DNA of 63,020 nt, from contig JANRLX010000126.1 of the NCBI GenBank assembly GCA_033762115.1, positions 1-63,020 of the forward strand. The letters are read 5' to 3'. Both the position numbers and the translations under genes were made by a program. Positions within the stretch are counted from its first letter, which is position 1, and the number at the start of each line of letters is the position of its first letter. The notes beneath the pieces were generated by a model. It did no database searches. It saw nothing but the letters and a program-made list of their open reading frames with translations, and was not told where the DNA came from. Shown here piece after piece: positions 11,892 through 20,322 of the stretch. This DNA is from Verrucomicrobiota bacterium. GTDB taxonomy: Bacteria; Verrucomicrobiota; Verrucomicrobiia; Limisphaerales; SXQI01.

Positions 11892-12671
11892 TCAGGGAAT
11901 CGTTTTCTGCGACATCCAAAACTCATAACTCATCCGTGCCAGCAGGAGCAGCACCACCGCGATGACGAACTTCCGCACCAGTTCATTCCCCTTGATTATC
12001 GCCAGTCGGCTCCCAGCAACAGCGCCAAGGACATTGAAAATTCCCATGACAAAACCTTCCCTCCAATAAACAGCGTCATGGCTGCTGAACCAGATGATCG
12101 CTCCCAAATTGGTCGCGAGGTTAATGATTTTGGCATTGGCGGATCCCTTCAGAAACTCATACCCACAAAACGCGACCAAACCGAAGATTAAAAAGCTGCC
12201 AGTTCCAGGCCCAAAAAAGCCATCGTAAAAGCCGATCATTGCGCCACCTGCCAGGAGTGCAGGCATCACCCATCCCGGGGACAAATTCAAGCGCCACCCT
12301 TTAAGATGCCCACTCATTCCAGTATAAATCAGGACAGCCAGAAGAAGAAAAATGACCATCGGACGCATCACTGCAGGATTTAAATTTCCGACAGTTTTCG
12401 CTCCCATGATTGAAAAGCAAAGCGCCACCACGGCGGCGGGCAGCATAATTTTCCAGTCCAGAGCCAGTCTCCTTGAGTATTGCCATAGAGCAGCACTGGT
12501 TCCGCAAATGGAAGAAAGTTTGTTGGTGCCCAGGACTGCGGGTATATTGGATGCGAGAGAGGGAGGCAAAAAAATGAAGAGCGCTGGCAACTGAATTAAC
12601 CCGCCCCCGCCTACAATTGAATCAATGAAACCGGCAAAAAATGAAAAAATCGAGAGTTGAAGTAACTCCAT
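11892..12671 (-). CDS. TSUP (TauE/SafE, YfcA-like) transporter
   Basis: Motifs AGFIDSIVGGGGLI, LGTNK, IGFYDGFFGPGTGSF; multiple TM segments. Confidence 0.92.
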   Translation of the reverse strand: MELLQLSIFSFFAGFIDSIVGGGGLIQLPALFIFLPPSLASNIPAVLGTNKLSSICGTSAALWQYSRRLALDWKIMLPAAVVALCFSIMGAKTVGNLNPAVMRPMVIFLLLAVLIYTGMSGHLKGWRLNLSPGWVMPALLAGGAMIGFYDGFFGPGTGSFLIFGLVAFCGYEFLKGSANAKIINLATNLGAIIWFSSHDAVYWREGFVMGIFNVLGAVAGSRLAIIKGNELVRKFVIAVVLLLLARMSYEFWMSQKTIP

Positions 12672-12683
12672 CCGGTTTCCCGC

Positions 12684-14018
12684 TTAAACTTTCTGCAATT
12701 TTCGGCTTAGGACAAATTCCATTCCTTCACGGGCTCCGATCACTTCCAGATTGCTCCCAAGCTTTTTTGCCAGCGCCTGGGCGTCCGCCTCCATCTTTTT
12801 CAGCTTGGTATCATCATGCAGTGGGTCATGATGAAAGAGGTAAAGCCGCTTTACCTCTGCTTCAATTGCAACGCCGACCGTGTCATCCACACAACTATGC
12901 CCCCATCCAATGAAGCGGGGATACTCCTCACAATCGTATTGCGAATCCATGATCAAAACGTCAGCTCCACGCAAAAAATCGACCAGCCTTTGGTCCCGCC
13001 GACGCGCAAAATCCTCCGCTTCCTTGACATCTGCAGAATGCTCAACATTGGTGGAAGCGCGCATTCTCTGAAAAAGTTCCACGTCCGGCACATAAGCGAT
13101 GCTCCCATCAATCGTATTGATTTTATAGCCGACGCAAATTCCGGGGTGATTCGTGAACGCGGCTTCAATCCGGTTTCTTCCAACCACAAAACTCATGTCC
13201 TTGAGTTCTTCAATCACGATGTTCCCGGGCATTTGTTGCATGCTGATAGGGAAGTAGGGACTTTCCATCTGGCTCGAAAGCGTGGCCTCAAGGCTTTTAC
13301 GCGCTCCTTCAAACGCCAGTACCCGAATACTGTTTTTAGGGTTGTACGCTACCGGGAAAAATGGAAACCCCTGGATGTGATCCCAATGAGTGTGAGAGAT
13401 CAGCAATGTAAGGTTAATTGGTTTGTCCTTAAATTCCTGCATCAGATGCAATCCAAGCATGCGGATGCCGGTTCCCGCATCGAGAATCATTAGCTCACCA
13501 TCCGCCCTCACTTCCACGCAGGAAGTATTACCGCCGAACTGGACAGTTGAAGGGCCCGGCGTCGGGATGGACCCCCGAACTCCCCAAAAACGGAGCTTCA
13601 CTCCCTCAACAGACGGCATGCTGGGAATAATGGGAACTCCATCGAAATTCCGTTCCCGGACAAATTTTTCAAGCAGTTCCACCAGGTGTGTCCCACGGAT
13701 CGGCTTGATCAGATACTCGTCCGCCCCGGCATCCAGGGCATTGCTTCGATCACTGGTATAACCACTTCCTGTCGTAACTACGATGCGGGTGTTGGCAAAA
13801 ATATCCCGCTGCGCCCGGATGTTGCGACAAACCTGAAAGCCATTAAAACGAGGCATGAGAAGATCACAAACAATCACGTCTGGTTTATGTTCTCTGGCAA
13901 GGTTCATCCCGGTTTCCCCATCTTCCGCTTCCCACACAGTCCAGCCGTGTTCTCGGAGCGGAGTCATCAGGGAGGCCCGAAAGACGCGATCATCATCAAT
14001 CAGGAGCAATTTTTTCAT
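12684..14018 (-). CDS. Response regulator (REC) fused to an MBL-fold metallo-hydrolase
   Basis: N-terminal LLIDDD...VCDLLMP...KP, then FWGVRGSIPTPG, GGNTSC, DAGTG, SHTHWDHIQG, HHDP. Start set at ATG 14018 (ORF track starts at 14063). Confidence 0.9.
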   Translation of the reverse strand: MKKLLLIDDDRVFRASLMTPLREHGWTVWEAEDGETGMNLAREHKPDVIVCDLLMPRFNGFQVCRNIRAQRDIFANTRIVVTTGSGYTSDRSNALDAGADEYLIKPIRGTHLVELLEKFVRERNFDGVPIIPSMPSVEGVKLRFWGVRGSIPTPGPSTVQFGGNTSCVEVRADGELMILDAGTGIRMLGLHLMQEFKDKPINLTLLISHTHWDHIQGFPFFPVAYNPKNSIRVLAFEGARKSLEATLSSQMESPYFPISMQQMPGNIVIEELKDMSFVVGRNRIEAAFTNHPGICVGYKINTIDGSIAYVPDVELFQRMRASTNVEHSADVKEAEDFARRRDQRLVDFLRGADVLIMDSQYDCEEYPRFIGWGHSCVDDTVGVAIEAEVKRLYLFHHDPLHDDTKLKKMEADAQALAKKLGSNLEVIGAREGMEFVLSRKLQKV

Positions 14019-14100
14019 CAAATTTGGCTGCCTGACTCTTCCAAGCTTCTGAACGAAAGACAAGCGGATAAGGGACGATAAAGTTTCATTGGAGAATTGC

Positions 14101-15654
14101 TTATGCCCGTAGCAAATGAGATTCCAACCCGAGTTTTTCGAACAATATAATCAGATCATTCGTTGTCGCGCCCAGCTTGTGCCGTGCCTCGAACAGATCG
14201 CTCAGCCGGACATCGTAATAATTATTTCTACTCCAATCACCCAACCCAGCAATATCGTAATTCTCGATCACAGATGAAATATCGTTGGGGGTAATAGCTG
14301 AACCGGACCGAGCCCTGTTACAGAGATGCTTCAATCCGGCACTAAAGTTCAGGTCGCCCGCGAGCAGGAAGCTTGACGCCAGTTCCTCCTTTTTTAGACG
14401 CCATGCCGTTTCTGTAAAACTCATCGCAGCAAAATAAACAAGCGCCAGCAGGTTGAATTTTTCAGGGCTCCCCATTGTGAAATAGAGCGCGCTGATCAAA
14501 TCAGCTGCTGTATCCATTTCCGCAAATGTCTTTGCTTGATACTCAGTTAAATCACCTTTGCGCAAATGCGGCCCTTTTTCCTGGAATACTTTTCCCAGAC
14601 GATAAATTCCAAGGAGTGTCAGCGGGAAACCTGTGGAAAGAAGCGGATCAACAAATCCCGCTGCGGAAGGGAGCATCGCCCAACTTTCTCCGGCGACTTC
14701 GCTTCGCCGGAACGAGAGTTGATTGGTGAAATAAAAAGGTGTCACTGCCTCGGCTTGCTTGAACTGTGCCTGAATGGCAGGAAAGCGTTGCAATAGTCGT
14801 TTCCAAGTATTTTCAGCATCTTCTGATGAATCGTTCAATTCAGTCGCGAGCCAATCCTCGAGTGCTGCACCTGCACTCGTAATTCCATTATTAAATCGCA
14901 AAACCCAAATCCAGCCTCCACGAAACACGTGATGCAGCGCCGCATCATCTGGTGGATAGGGCAAGTTACTATTAAACCCTGAGCTTTGATCGAAACGGTG
15001 GACGTTTTGGAAATGAGCATATACCGCGCAAGTTTGTGGCATGAATTCAAACCGACGATTTGGAATATGAAACATGTTTGCCAGAAAGCTGTTTGAACCT
15101 GACGCATCGATGATGAAACCGGCGCTCAAGTTTAGAACCGCACCATATCGAGCAATTGATACAGTCCAGCTGCCCTTTATATGGCGACAGGACTGGATAA
15201 TGGAGGAATCAAAATAGATGACACCATTCTCTTGCGCAGTTTTTACAAGGAATTCATCAAATTCGGGACGGTACCAATGAGTATCTGCGACTACGTCATT
15301 CGGGCTCGCAGCTACAAGCAACTGTTTGCTTCTTTCACGAACGCTTGTTATGCCGGGTTCATGATGAAAAAAACTGAAACCGCGCTTTAGCCCGGCTGAA
15401 ATCTGAGGCATCTCACGTTGCCACCTCCCCCACTCCGAAAACGAATTCAGGATCGGGAGGCCAAAATTGACTGCTAGTTTTTCCAGAAGCAGGTTTGAAA
15501 AAGGAGTTGAAGATTCGCCAATGGCAAATCGAGGGTGTGTTCCTTTCTCGACCAGGGCAACGGAATACCCCTGTTGACGCAACACCATCGACGTGATGGT
15601 TCCACCAAAACCAGAACCCAGGACCAAAAAATCAAATTTTGTCGCGATCTTCAC
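14101..15654 (-). CDS. Flavin-dependent halogenase-like oxidoreductase
   Basis: FAD motif VLGSGFGG, FAIGES, candidate catalytic Lys in GLKRGF, WIWVLRF (WxWxI-like) and FVDPLLSTG (FxxPxxSxG). Confidence 0.82.
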   Translation of the reverse strand: MKIATKFDFLVLGSGFGGTITSMVLRQQGYSVALVEKGTHPRFAIGESSTPFSNLLLEKLAVNFGLPILNSFSEWGRWQREMPQISAGLKRGFSFFHHEPGITSVRERSKQLLVAASPNDVVADTHWYRPEFDEFLVKTAQENGVIYFDSSIIQSCRHIKGSWTVSIARYGAVLNLSAGFIIDASGSNSFLANMFHIPNRRFEFMPQTCAVYAHFQNVHRFDQSSGFNSNLPYPPDDAALHHVFRGGWIWVLRFNNGITSAGAALEDWLATELNDSSEDAENTWKRLLQRFPAIQAQFKQAEAVTPFYFTNQLSFRRSEVAGESWAMLPSAAGFVDPLLSTGFPLTLLGIYRLGKVFQEKGPHLRKGDLTEYQAKTFAEMDTAADLISALYFTMGSPEKFNLLALVYFAAMSFTETAWRLKKEELASSFLLAGDLNFSAGLKHLCNRARSGSAITPNDISSVIENYDIAGLGDWSRNNYYDVRLSDLFEARHKLGATTNDLIILFEKLGLESHLLRA

Positions 15655-16603
15655 AATCAGGACAATCCAGACGTGGTTCGATGCTTTGAGTGAGATTCAT
15701 TCGATGGATTCGCTGGATGCGCTTTGGGGAACAGTGATTGCATCGGGAAAATCGCTCAATGTCCCAGGTATCCGCAAAAACTCGTCCCAACCTTCGAACA
15801 ATGCCTTGCTCTTGTGCGGATTCAAGATTCGATAAAATGGGTTCACAGAATAATCCGAGCTTTTCCAATTCCTCCAACGCACCATTTCCTGACCGGGTTC
15901 CTATAAAACTGACGACTGCTGAACCAGCGGCAAACGCAGTTTCCATCGACTGTTCCTGCCAATGCAACTGTTGTTCCATAGGAATAAAGGGAGGGCACAC
16001 CAGGAGGAACGTTCGCAATGCCATTCCATGACTGACAATAAATTCAGCAGATCGCCGGTAATCCTGAATTGAAAAGCGTTTGTTGAGAGAATCGAGCGCT
16101 TGCGGATGGCATGTCTCCAGCCCGATGGCAATTTCCAGTTCATTGACCAGAGAAGCAAACTCCAGCACTGGTTTGCCCACCAACCTTGGATGACATTCTA
16201 TAATGACGCGTTTGAAGGGACGGCAAAGCTCCGCGATTGAGCGCCATTCTTTTTTTGAAACAGCCCCGGAATCAAAAAAACTGCCGCTATTATAGAGTTT
16301 TAAAGACTTTGCCGTTCGTGGAAAATTTTGCAAAGCATGCCTGATTTGTTGCGTTATGGAGCCAATTGCAACGGGGGATTCTGTCGTGTTCCGCCATAAA
16401 TCGCACATCACACATTTCCAGGGGCATTCTCGATTTGTCAAAAAAATCGTCGCCACATCGGCAATTACACCTTCCTCATTTCGCTCCTGCTCAATGAAAG
16501 CCGCGTACGGTTCAGCAGGATTAGCCGGATGTCGCGGACCGCGTCGGGAAAGAATCCATCGGCTTCGCTCAACAGGGCTGGTCGGATAATGCAAGGCGCT
16601 CAC
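15632..16603 (-). CDS. Radical SAM protein, RaSEA / TIGR01210-like
   Basis: CPWKCVMC (CxxxCxxC), KLYNSGSFFD, IECHP, EIAIGLET, LNK, plus C-terminal CNHC and CPDC pairs. Confidence 0.85.
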   Translation of the reverse strand: MSALHYPTSPVERSRWILSRRGPRHPANPAEPYAAFIEQERNEEGVIADVATIFLTNRECPWKCVMCDLWRNTTESPVAIGSITQQIRHALQNFPRTAKSLKLYNSGSFFDSGAVSKKEWRSIAELCRPFKRVIIECHPRLVGKPVLEFASLVNELEIAIGLETCHPQALDSLNKRFSIQDYRRSAEFIVSHGMALRTFLLVCPPFIPMEQQLHWQEQSMETAFAAGSAVVSFIGTRSGNGALEELEKLGLFCEPILSNLESAQEQGIVRRLGRVFADTWDIERFSRCNHCSPKRIQRIHRMNLTQSIEPRLDCPDCEDRDKI

Positions 16604-17922
16604 GCCTGATAAAGGCTGAGAAATTCCTTGCGATAAACGCTTTCGCTACCGCTCATAATCTCCCGCAGCCTGGAAACTTCGACAGCCCCATGCTGAAAGC
16701 GGCGTTTTTGGAAAACTGGCATGTTCAGTCCTGTTCTTGCACGAATGCCTCGAGCGATGATTTCTCCCTTTAACGAGTAGAGGCGCTCAACATTATAGTC
16801 AGTCAATCCAATGAACGGAATTCCCTCGGCAACTTCGACCACGTTCGGCCGCGTAAACGGGCTAAAGCTTTCGAAGCCAAAGTGACGCGCAGGCGCGTAG
16901 GTGCGAGTGTAAGAGCGGCTGAGGCCGCCGCTGTATGTCAACGAATGCTTGATCCGTCCGACTCCCCAGCCTTCCTGGTAAAGCATCAAATTGTGAACCA
17001 CGCTTCGAATGGTCAGTTCCGGATTTTCCTCGATTGGATAATCTTTCAAATTCTCATCCCCACCATCGCCATCCACCAGATATTTCCAATCGGGATAGCG
17101 CTCCCGGATACCGCGATGCAAAGCCAGTGCCATCGCAGCGCATTCAATATCCAGAGGCTTGTAATCCTCAACAATGCGAACAGCTTCGGCATGGCTCAAC
17201 AGAGCTGGATCCCCTTCGATCGGCTCCAAAAAAAGCTCCAAATCCAGTGACTTTAAAAAGTCACGCGCCTGATCCAGGTCCGGTCCTTTTCCGAGGCTTA
17301 ATGTGAACGCCTTTAAGCGGCCCAGATTCAAGCCCTGCTCTTTCATTAGATGATAAGTCAGCAGAAAGACCGCGCCACTGTCGATTCCACCGGAAAAACA
17401 GACACCGACCGGGGCCTCCGGTGGCAATCGCAGGAGCCATTTTCGAATTTCCTCCTCTGCGGCGCTGATATAAGCGGTTCCAATCTCGTTCAGGTCGCTG
17501 CTTAAACGTTCCCGTTTCGGGGTGAAATAACGGGTATAAGTCGGATCAGGATCAGGGCAACCAATCAAGTGCAACTCAATGACATAATGCGCAGGAACCA
17601 TGCGGGTGTAGCTGGGATGAAATTGGTTTTCAAAGCCCTTACTCTTCAACCACTCATAAATACGATCAATCCGATCGCTGATCACAAGTGCCGGACCTTC
17701 ATGACGTTTGGCCAAAAAATAGCGCATCGGTCTGTCCATCGACCTGGCCAATTTTACAGTTTTGCCATTTCGGCCAACCAGGGCGAAGGAGCCATCGATT
17801 TTCCGGACTTGTTCGGGTGTGCCGTTCAAAACGCGAACCCGCGCTTCATCCACAGTCATGTTGTGGATTTGATTTAAAGCAGGATCGATCAGGTCAATGA
17901 CATCCTCGATATATTCGTGCAT
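16600..17922 (-). CDS. Asparagine-synthetase-like ATP-dependent ligase with degenerate glutaminase domain
   Basis: PP-loop FSGGIDSG and DGDGGDE (AsnB GEGADE equivalent); remnant Ntn strands IDGSFALV...LARS; no N-terminal Cys. Start is ATG 17922 or TTG 17931. Confidence 0.85.
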   Translation of the reverse strand: MHEYIEDVIDLIDPALNQIHNMTVDEARVRVLNGTPEQVRKIDGSFALVGRNGKTVKLARSMDRPMRYFLAKRHEGPALVISDRIDRIYEWLKSKGFENQFHPSYTRMVPAHYVIELHLIGCPDPDPTYTRYFTPKRERLSSDLNEIGTAYISAAEEEIRKWLLRLPPEAPVGVCFSGGIDSGAVFLLTYHLMKEQGLNLGRLKAFTLSLGKGPDLDQARDFLKSLDLELFLEPIEGDPALLSHAEAVRIVEDYKPLDIECAAMALALHRGIRERYPDWKYLVDGDGGDENLKDYPIEENPELTIRSVVHNLMLYQEGWGVGRIKHSLTYSGGLSRSYTRTYAPARHFGFESFSPFTRPNVVEVAEGIPFIGLTDYNVERLYSLKGEIIARGIRARTGLNMPVFQKRRFQHGAVEVSRLREIMSGSESVYRKEFLSLYQA

Positions 17923-17941
17923 AGGAAGCAAAACGTGGGGA

Positions 17942-18649
17942 TCAGATCTTCCCGCCTTCGATAAATCGGCTGGCCACGAAATCCCAATTAATCACGTTGA
18001 AGAAAGCAGCGATGTACTCAGGGCGGCGATTCTGATATTTCAGGTAATAGGCATGTTCCCAAACATCTAAACCCAGCACCGGGTGTCGCCCTTCCATCCA
18101 CGGATTATTTTGGTTCGGGGTCGTTTCAATCGATAGCTTGCCCTGGAACAGACTCAACCAGGCCCAACCGCTGCCGAACACGCTTATGGCTGCCTTTGTG
18201 AACTGCTCCCTGAATCCATCGATATTACCGAAGTCCCTCTCGATTGCCTTTTCCAATTCTCCTTTTGGCTGCCCACCATTTTTAGATAGCGACATCCAGA
18301 ACAGCGAATGATTGTAATGGCCACCGAGATTATTTTTGATTGCAGGGCGAACTTTCTCCGGAAGTGAATTCACATCACGAGTCAGTTGCACCATGCTTTT
18401 GCCAGCAGCTTCAGGAACTTCCGCAAGCGCTTTATTTAAATTCGTGACATAAGCGGCATGATGCTTCCCATGGTGAATTTCCATGGTCCTCGCATCAATG
18501 TGCGGCTCCAGTGCATCGGTTGGATAAGGAAGCGGCCGCAACTGAAAAGCTTTATCGGTGGGCTGGGCGAGGACTGAGCCCGGGTGAGCCGCAGTGATTG
18601 CAAGTGAGCCGAGAGCGGCAGTTTTGAGGGCATTACGACGTGTGATCAT
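17942..18649 (-). CDS. sodA: Superoxide dismutase, probably Mn-type, with Tat signal
   Basis: Motifs HHGKHH, GGHYNH, TPNQ, DVWEHAYY; N-terminal TRRNALK twin-arginine signal. Confidence 0.93.
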   Translation of the reverse strand: MITRRNALKTAALGSLAITAAHPGSVLAQPTDKAFQLRPLPYPTDALEPHIDARTMEIHHGKHHAAYVTNLNKALAEVPEAAGKSMVQLTRDVNSLPEKVRPAIKNNLGGHYNHSLFWMSLSKNGGQPKGELEKAIERDFGNIDGFREQFTKAAISVFGSGWAWLSLFQGKLSIETTPNQNNPWMEGRHPVLGLDVWEHAYYLKYQNRRPEYIAAFFNVINWDFVASRFIEGGKI

Positions 18650-18690
18650 AGAGAGTTGCTTTGCAACACAAAGCTATCGAAAGAATGAAG

Positions 18691-19506
18691 TTATGCAAGG
18701 CCCCGCTGCCGGGCCACCTCATAAAGGAACACGGCAGCAGAAGTGCCTACATTCAGGGAGTCGATTTCCTGCTGCATCGGAATCGCAACCGCCAGATCGC
18801 AGGCAGCAAGGGTTTGCGCCTCCAGCCCATGCCCTTCGCTTCCAAATACAAGGCAGGTCGATCTGCGGAAATCGATCCCGGAGAGCGCAGGACCTGTGGC
18901 ATGCGGATGGGCAGCAACTGTTTGGATCTCATGTGATTTAAGAACGCGAAGAGTTGCGATGACATCTGTTGCTTCCACAACCTTCATTTTAAAGATCGCT
19001 CCCATTGAATTGCGAACAGCCCGCCGCAAATATGGGCTGCAGGACCCGGGAGTGATACAGACAGCCTTGACGCCAAATGCAGCGCAGTTGCGAATTAAAG
19101 CCCCCATATTCTCCGCATTGGAGACTCCTTCGATCACTGTAATGAGAAATGGTTGTGGAATTATCGTCAGGATTTCCGGCAGCGTTGCCGTAGCGGGAAC
19201 CTGGGCTAACCCAAGTACACCCTGGTAAAGATTGAACCCTGTGAGTTCTTCAAGCAGCGCTTTTTTCGCAAGGTAAACTTCCACCATTTCAGGGCGGCGC
19301 TGGAGGGCCGGTTCGAAATCCGGCAATAGGTCCTTGGGAATTAATAAAGAATGGATCGTGAGGTCAGATTCCAACAACCGCCGAACGACCTTTTCCCCTT
19401 CAGAAACAAAAATCCCCCGTTTCCGATGTTCCTGTTGCCAGCTCATCGAGCGATAAGGCTCGAGTTCAGGCAGATGAAGTGAATCAATGTGGCGGAGCCT
19501 GAACAT
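18691..19506 (-). CDS. TrmH/SpoU family RNA methyltransferase
   Basis: Motifs NAENMGALIRN, VFGSEGHGL, IPM...DSLNV. Confidence 0.93.
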   Translation of the reverse strand: MFRLRHIDSLHLPELEPYRSMSWQQEHRKRGIFVSEGEKVVRRLLESDLTIHSLLIPKDLLPDFEPALQRRPEMVEVYLAKKALLEELTGFNLYQGVLGLAQVPATATLPEILTIIPQPFLITVIEGVSNAENMGALIRNCAAFGVKAVCITPGSCSPYLRRAVRNSMGAIFKMKVVEATDVIATLRVLKSHEIQTVAAHPHATGPALSGIDFRRSTCLVFGSEGHGLEAQTLAACDLAVAIPMQQEIDSLNVGTSAAVFLYEVARQRGLA

Positions 19507-19518
19507 GGCTCACAATTT

Positions 19519-20253
19519 CTATCGATAGCCCTGGTGCAGGTGAACGGGTTCCGCTTTCTTCCGCATTTTCATGTTTAAAATCTCCACAGCAACGGAGAAT
19601 GCCATTGCGAAATAAATGTAACCTTTGGGTATGGCGCGGTGGAACGACTCTGCAACCAATGTGAACCCGATCATGATCAGAAAACTCAACGCCAGCATTT
19701 TAATGGTCGGGTGCTTGTCTACAAACCGGCTGATTTTGCCTGCAAAAACCATCATGAACCCAACTGCGATGATCACAGCGGTGATCATCACCCCTACTTC
19801 CCTCGCCATTCCAACGGCGGTGATCACTGAATCGAGCGAAAAAACAATATCAAGCACAAGAATCTGAACAATGACCGCGGTGAAGCTGGGTGGAAGCCGT
19901 TTGGTCACGTGACCATCCTCCCCTTCAAGCTTGTCATGGATTTCATGGGTTGCTTTACCAATCAGGAATAACCCCCCGATAAGCAGGATGAGATCTCGTC
20001 CGGAAATCGGATGCGACATGATTTCAAATAGCGGTTTGGTCAATTTCGCCATCCAGGCGATTCCCAGCAACAGGAGGATTCGAGTCACCAGCGCGAGCAT
20101 CAGCCCCATTTTTCTGGCCTTTTCCTGTTGGTCAGCTGGCAGCTTGCCCGCAAGAATCGAAATAAAAACAACATTGTCTATGCCGAGGACGATTTCCAAC
20201 ACCGTCAGGGTGAGTAGTGATATCCATGCTTCGGGGCTGCTTAACCATTCCAT
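19519..20253 (-). CDS. TerC family membrane protein
   Basis: Motifs LEIVLGIDN, DIVFSLDSVITAVG, IPKGYIYFAMAFS. Confidence 0.95.
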   Translation of the reverse strand: MEWLSSPEAWISLLTLTVLEIVLGIDNVVFISILAGKLPADQQEKARKMGLMLALVTRILLLLGIAWMAKLTKPLFEIMSHPISGRDLILLIGGLFLIGKATHEIHDKLEGEDGHVTKRLPPSFTAVIVQILVLDIVFSLDSVITAVGMAREVGVMITAVIIAVGFMMVFAGKISRFVDKHPTIKMLALSFLIMIGFTLVAESFHRAIPKGYIYFAMAFSVAVEILNMKMRKKAEPVHLHQGYR

Positions 20254-20260
20254 GGGCGCA

Positions 20261-20300
20261 AATATAGAAATTGAAAGTTGAAGCGCAAGATATCTTGCGC
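20261..20300 (-). promoter_or_regulatory. Putative leaderless promoter of the TerC gene (TTGCGC-16-TATATT) overlapped by a perfect 18-bp palindrome
   Basis: The -10 (20261-20266) ends 7 nt before the ATG; GCGCAAGATATCTTGCGC at 20283-20300 covers the -35. Confidence 0.55.
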
Positions 20301-20322
20301 CAGTAGAAGGTCTTGAGTTGGA

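Noticed and set aside
14101..17931. Lasso-peptide or other RiPP cluster interpretation of the AsnB-like and radical SAM genes
   Set aside because: No B-protein peptidase, RRE or SPASM domain was seen, and flanking gaps are too short for a precursor gene. A distant precursor cannot be excluded.
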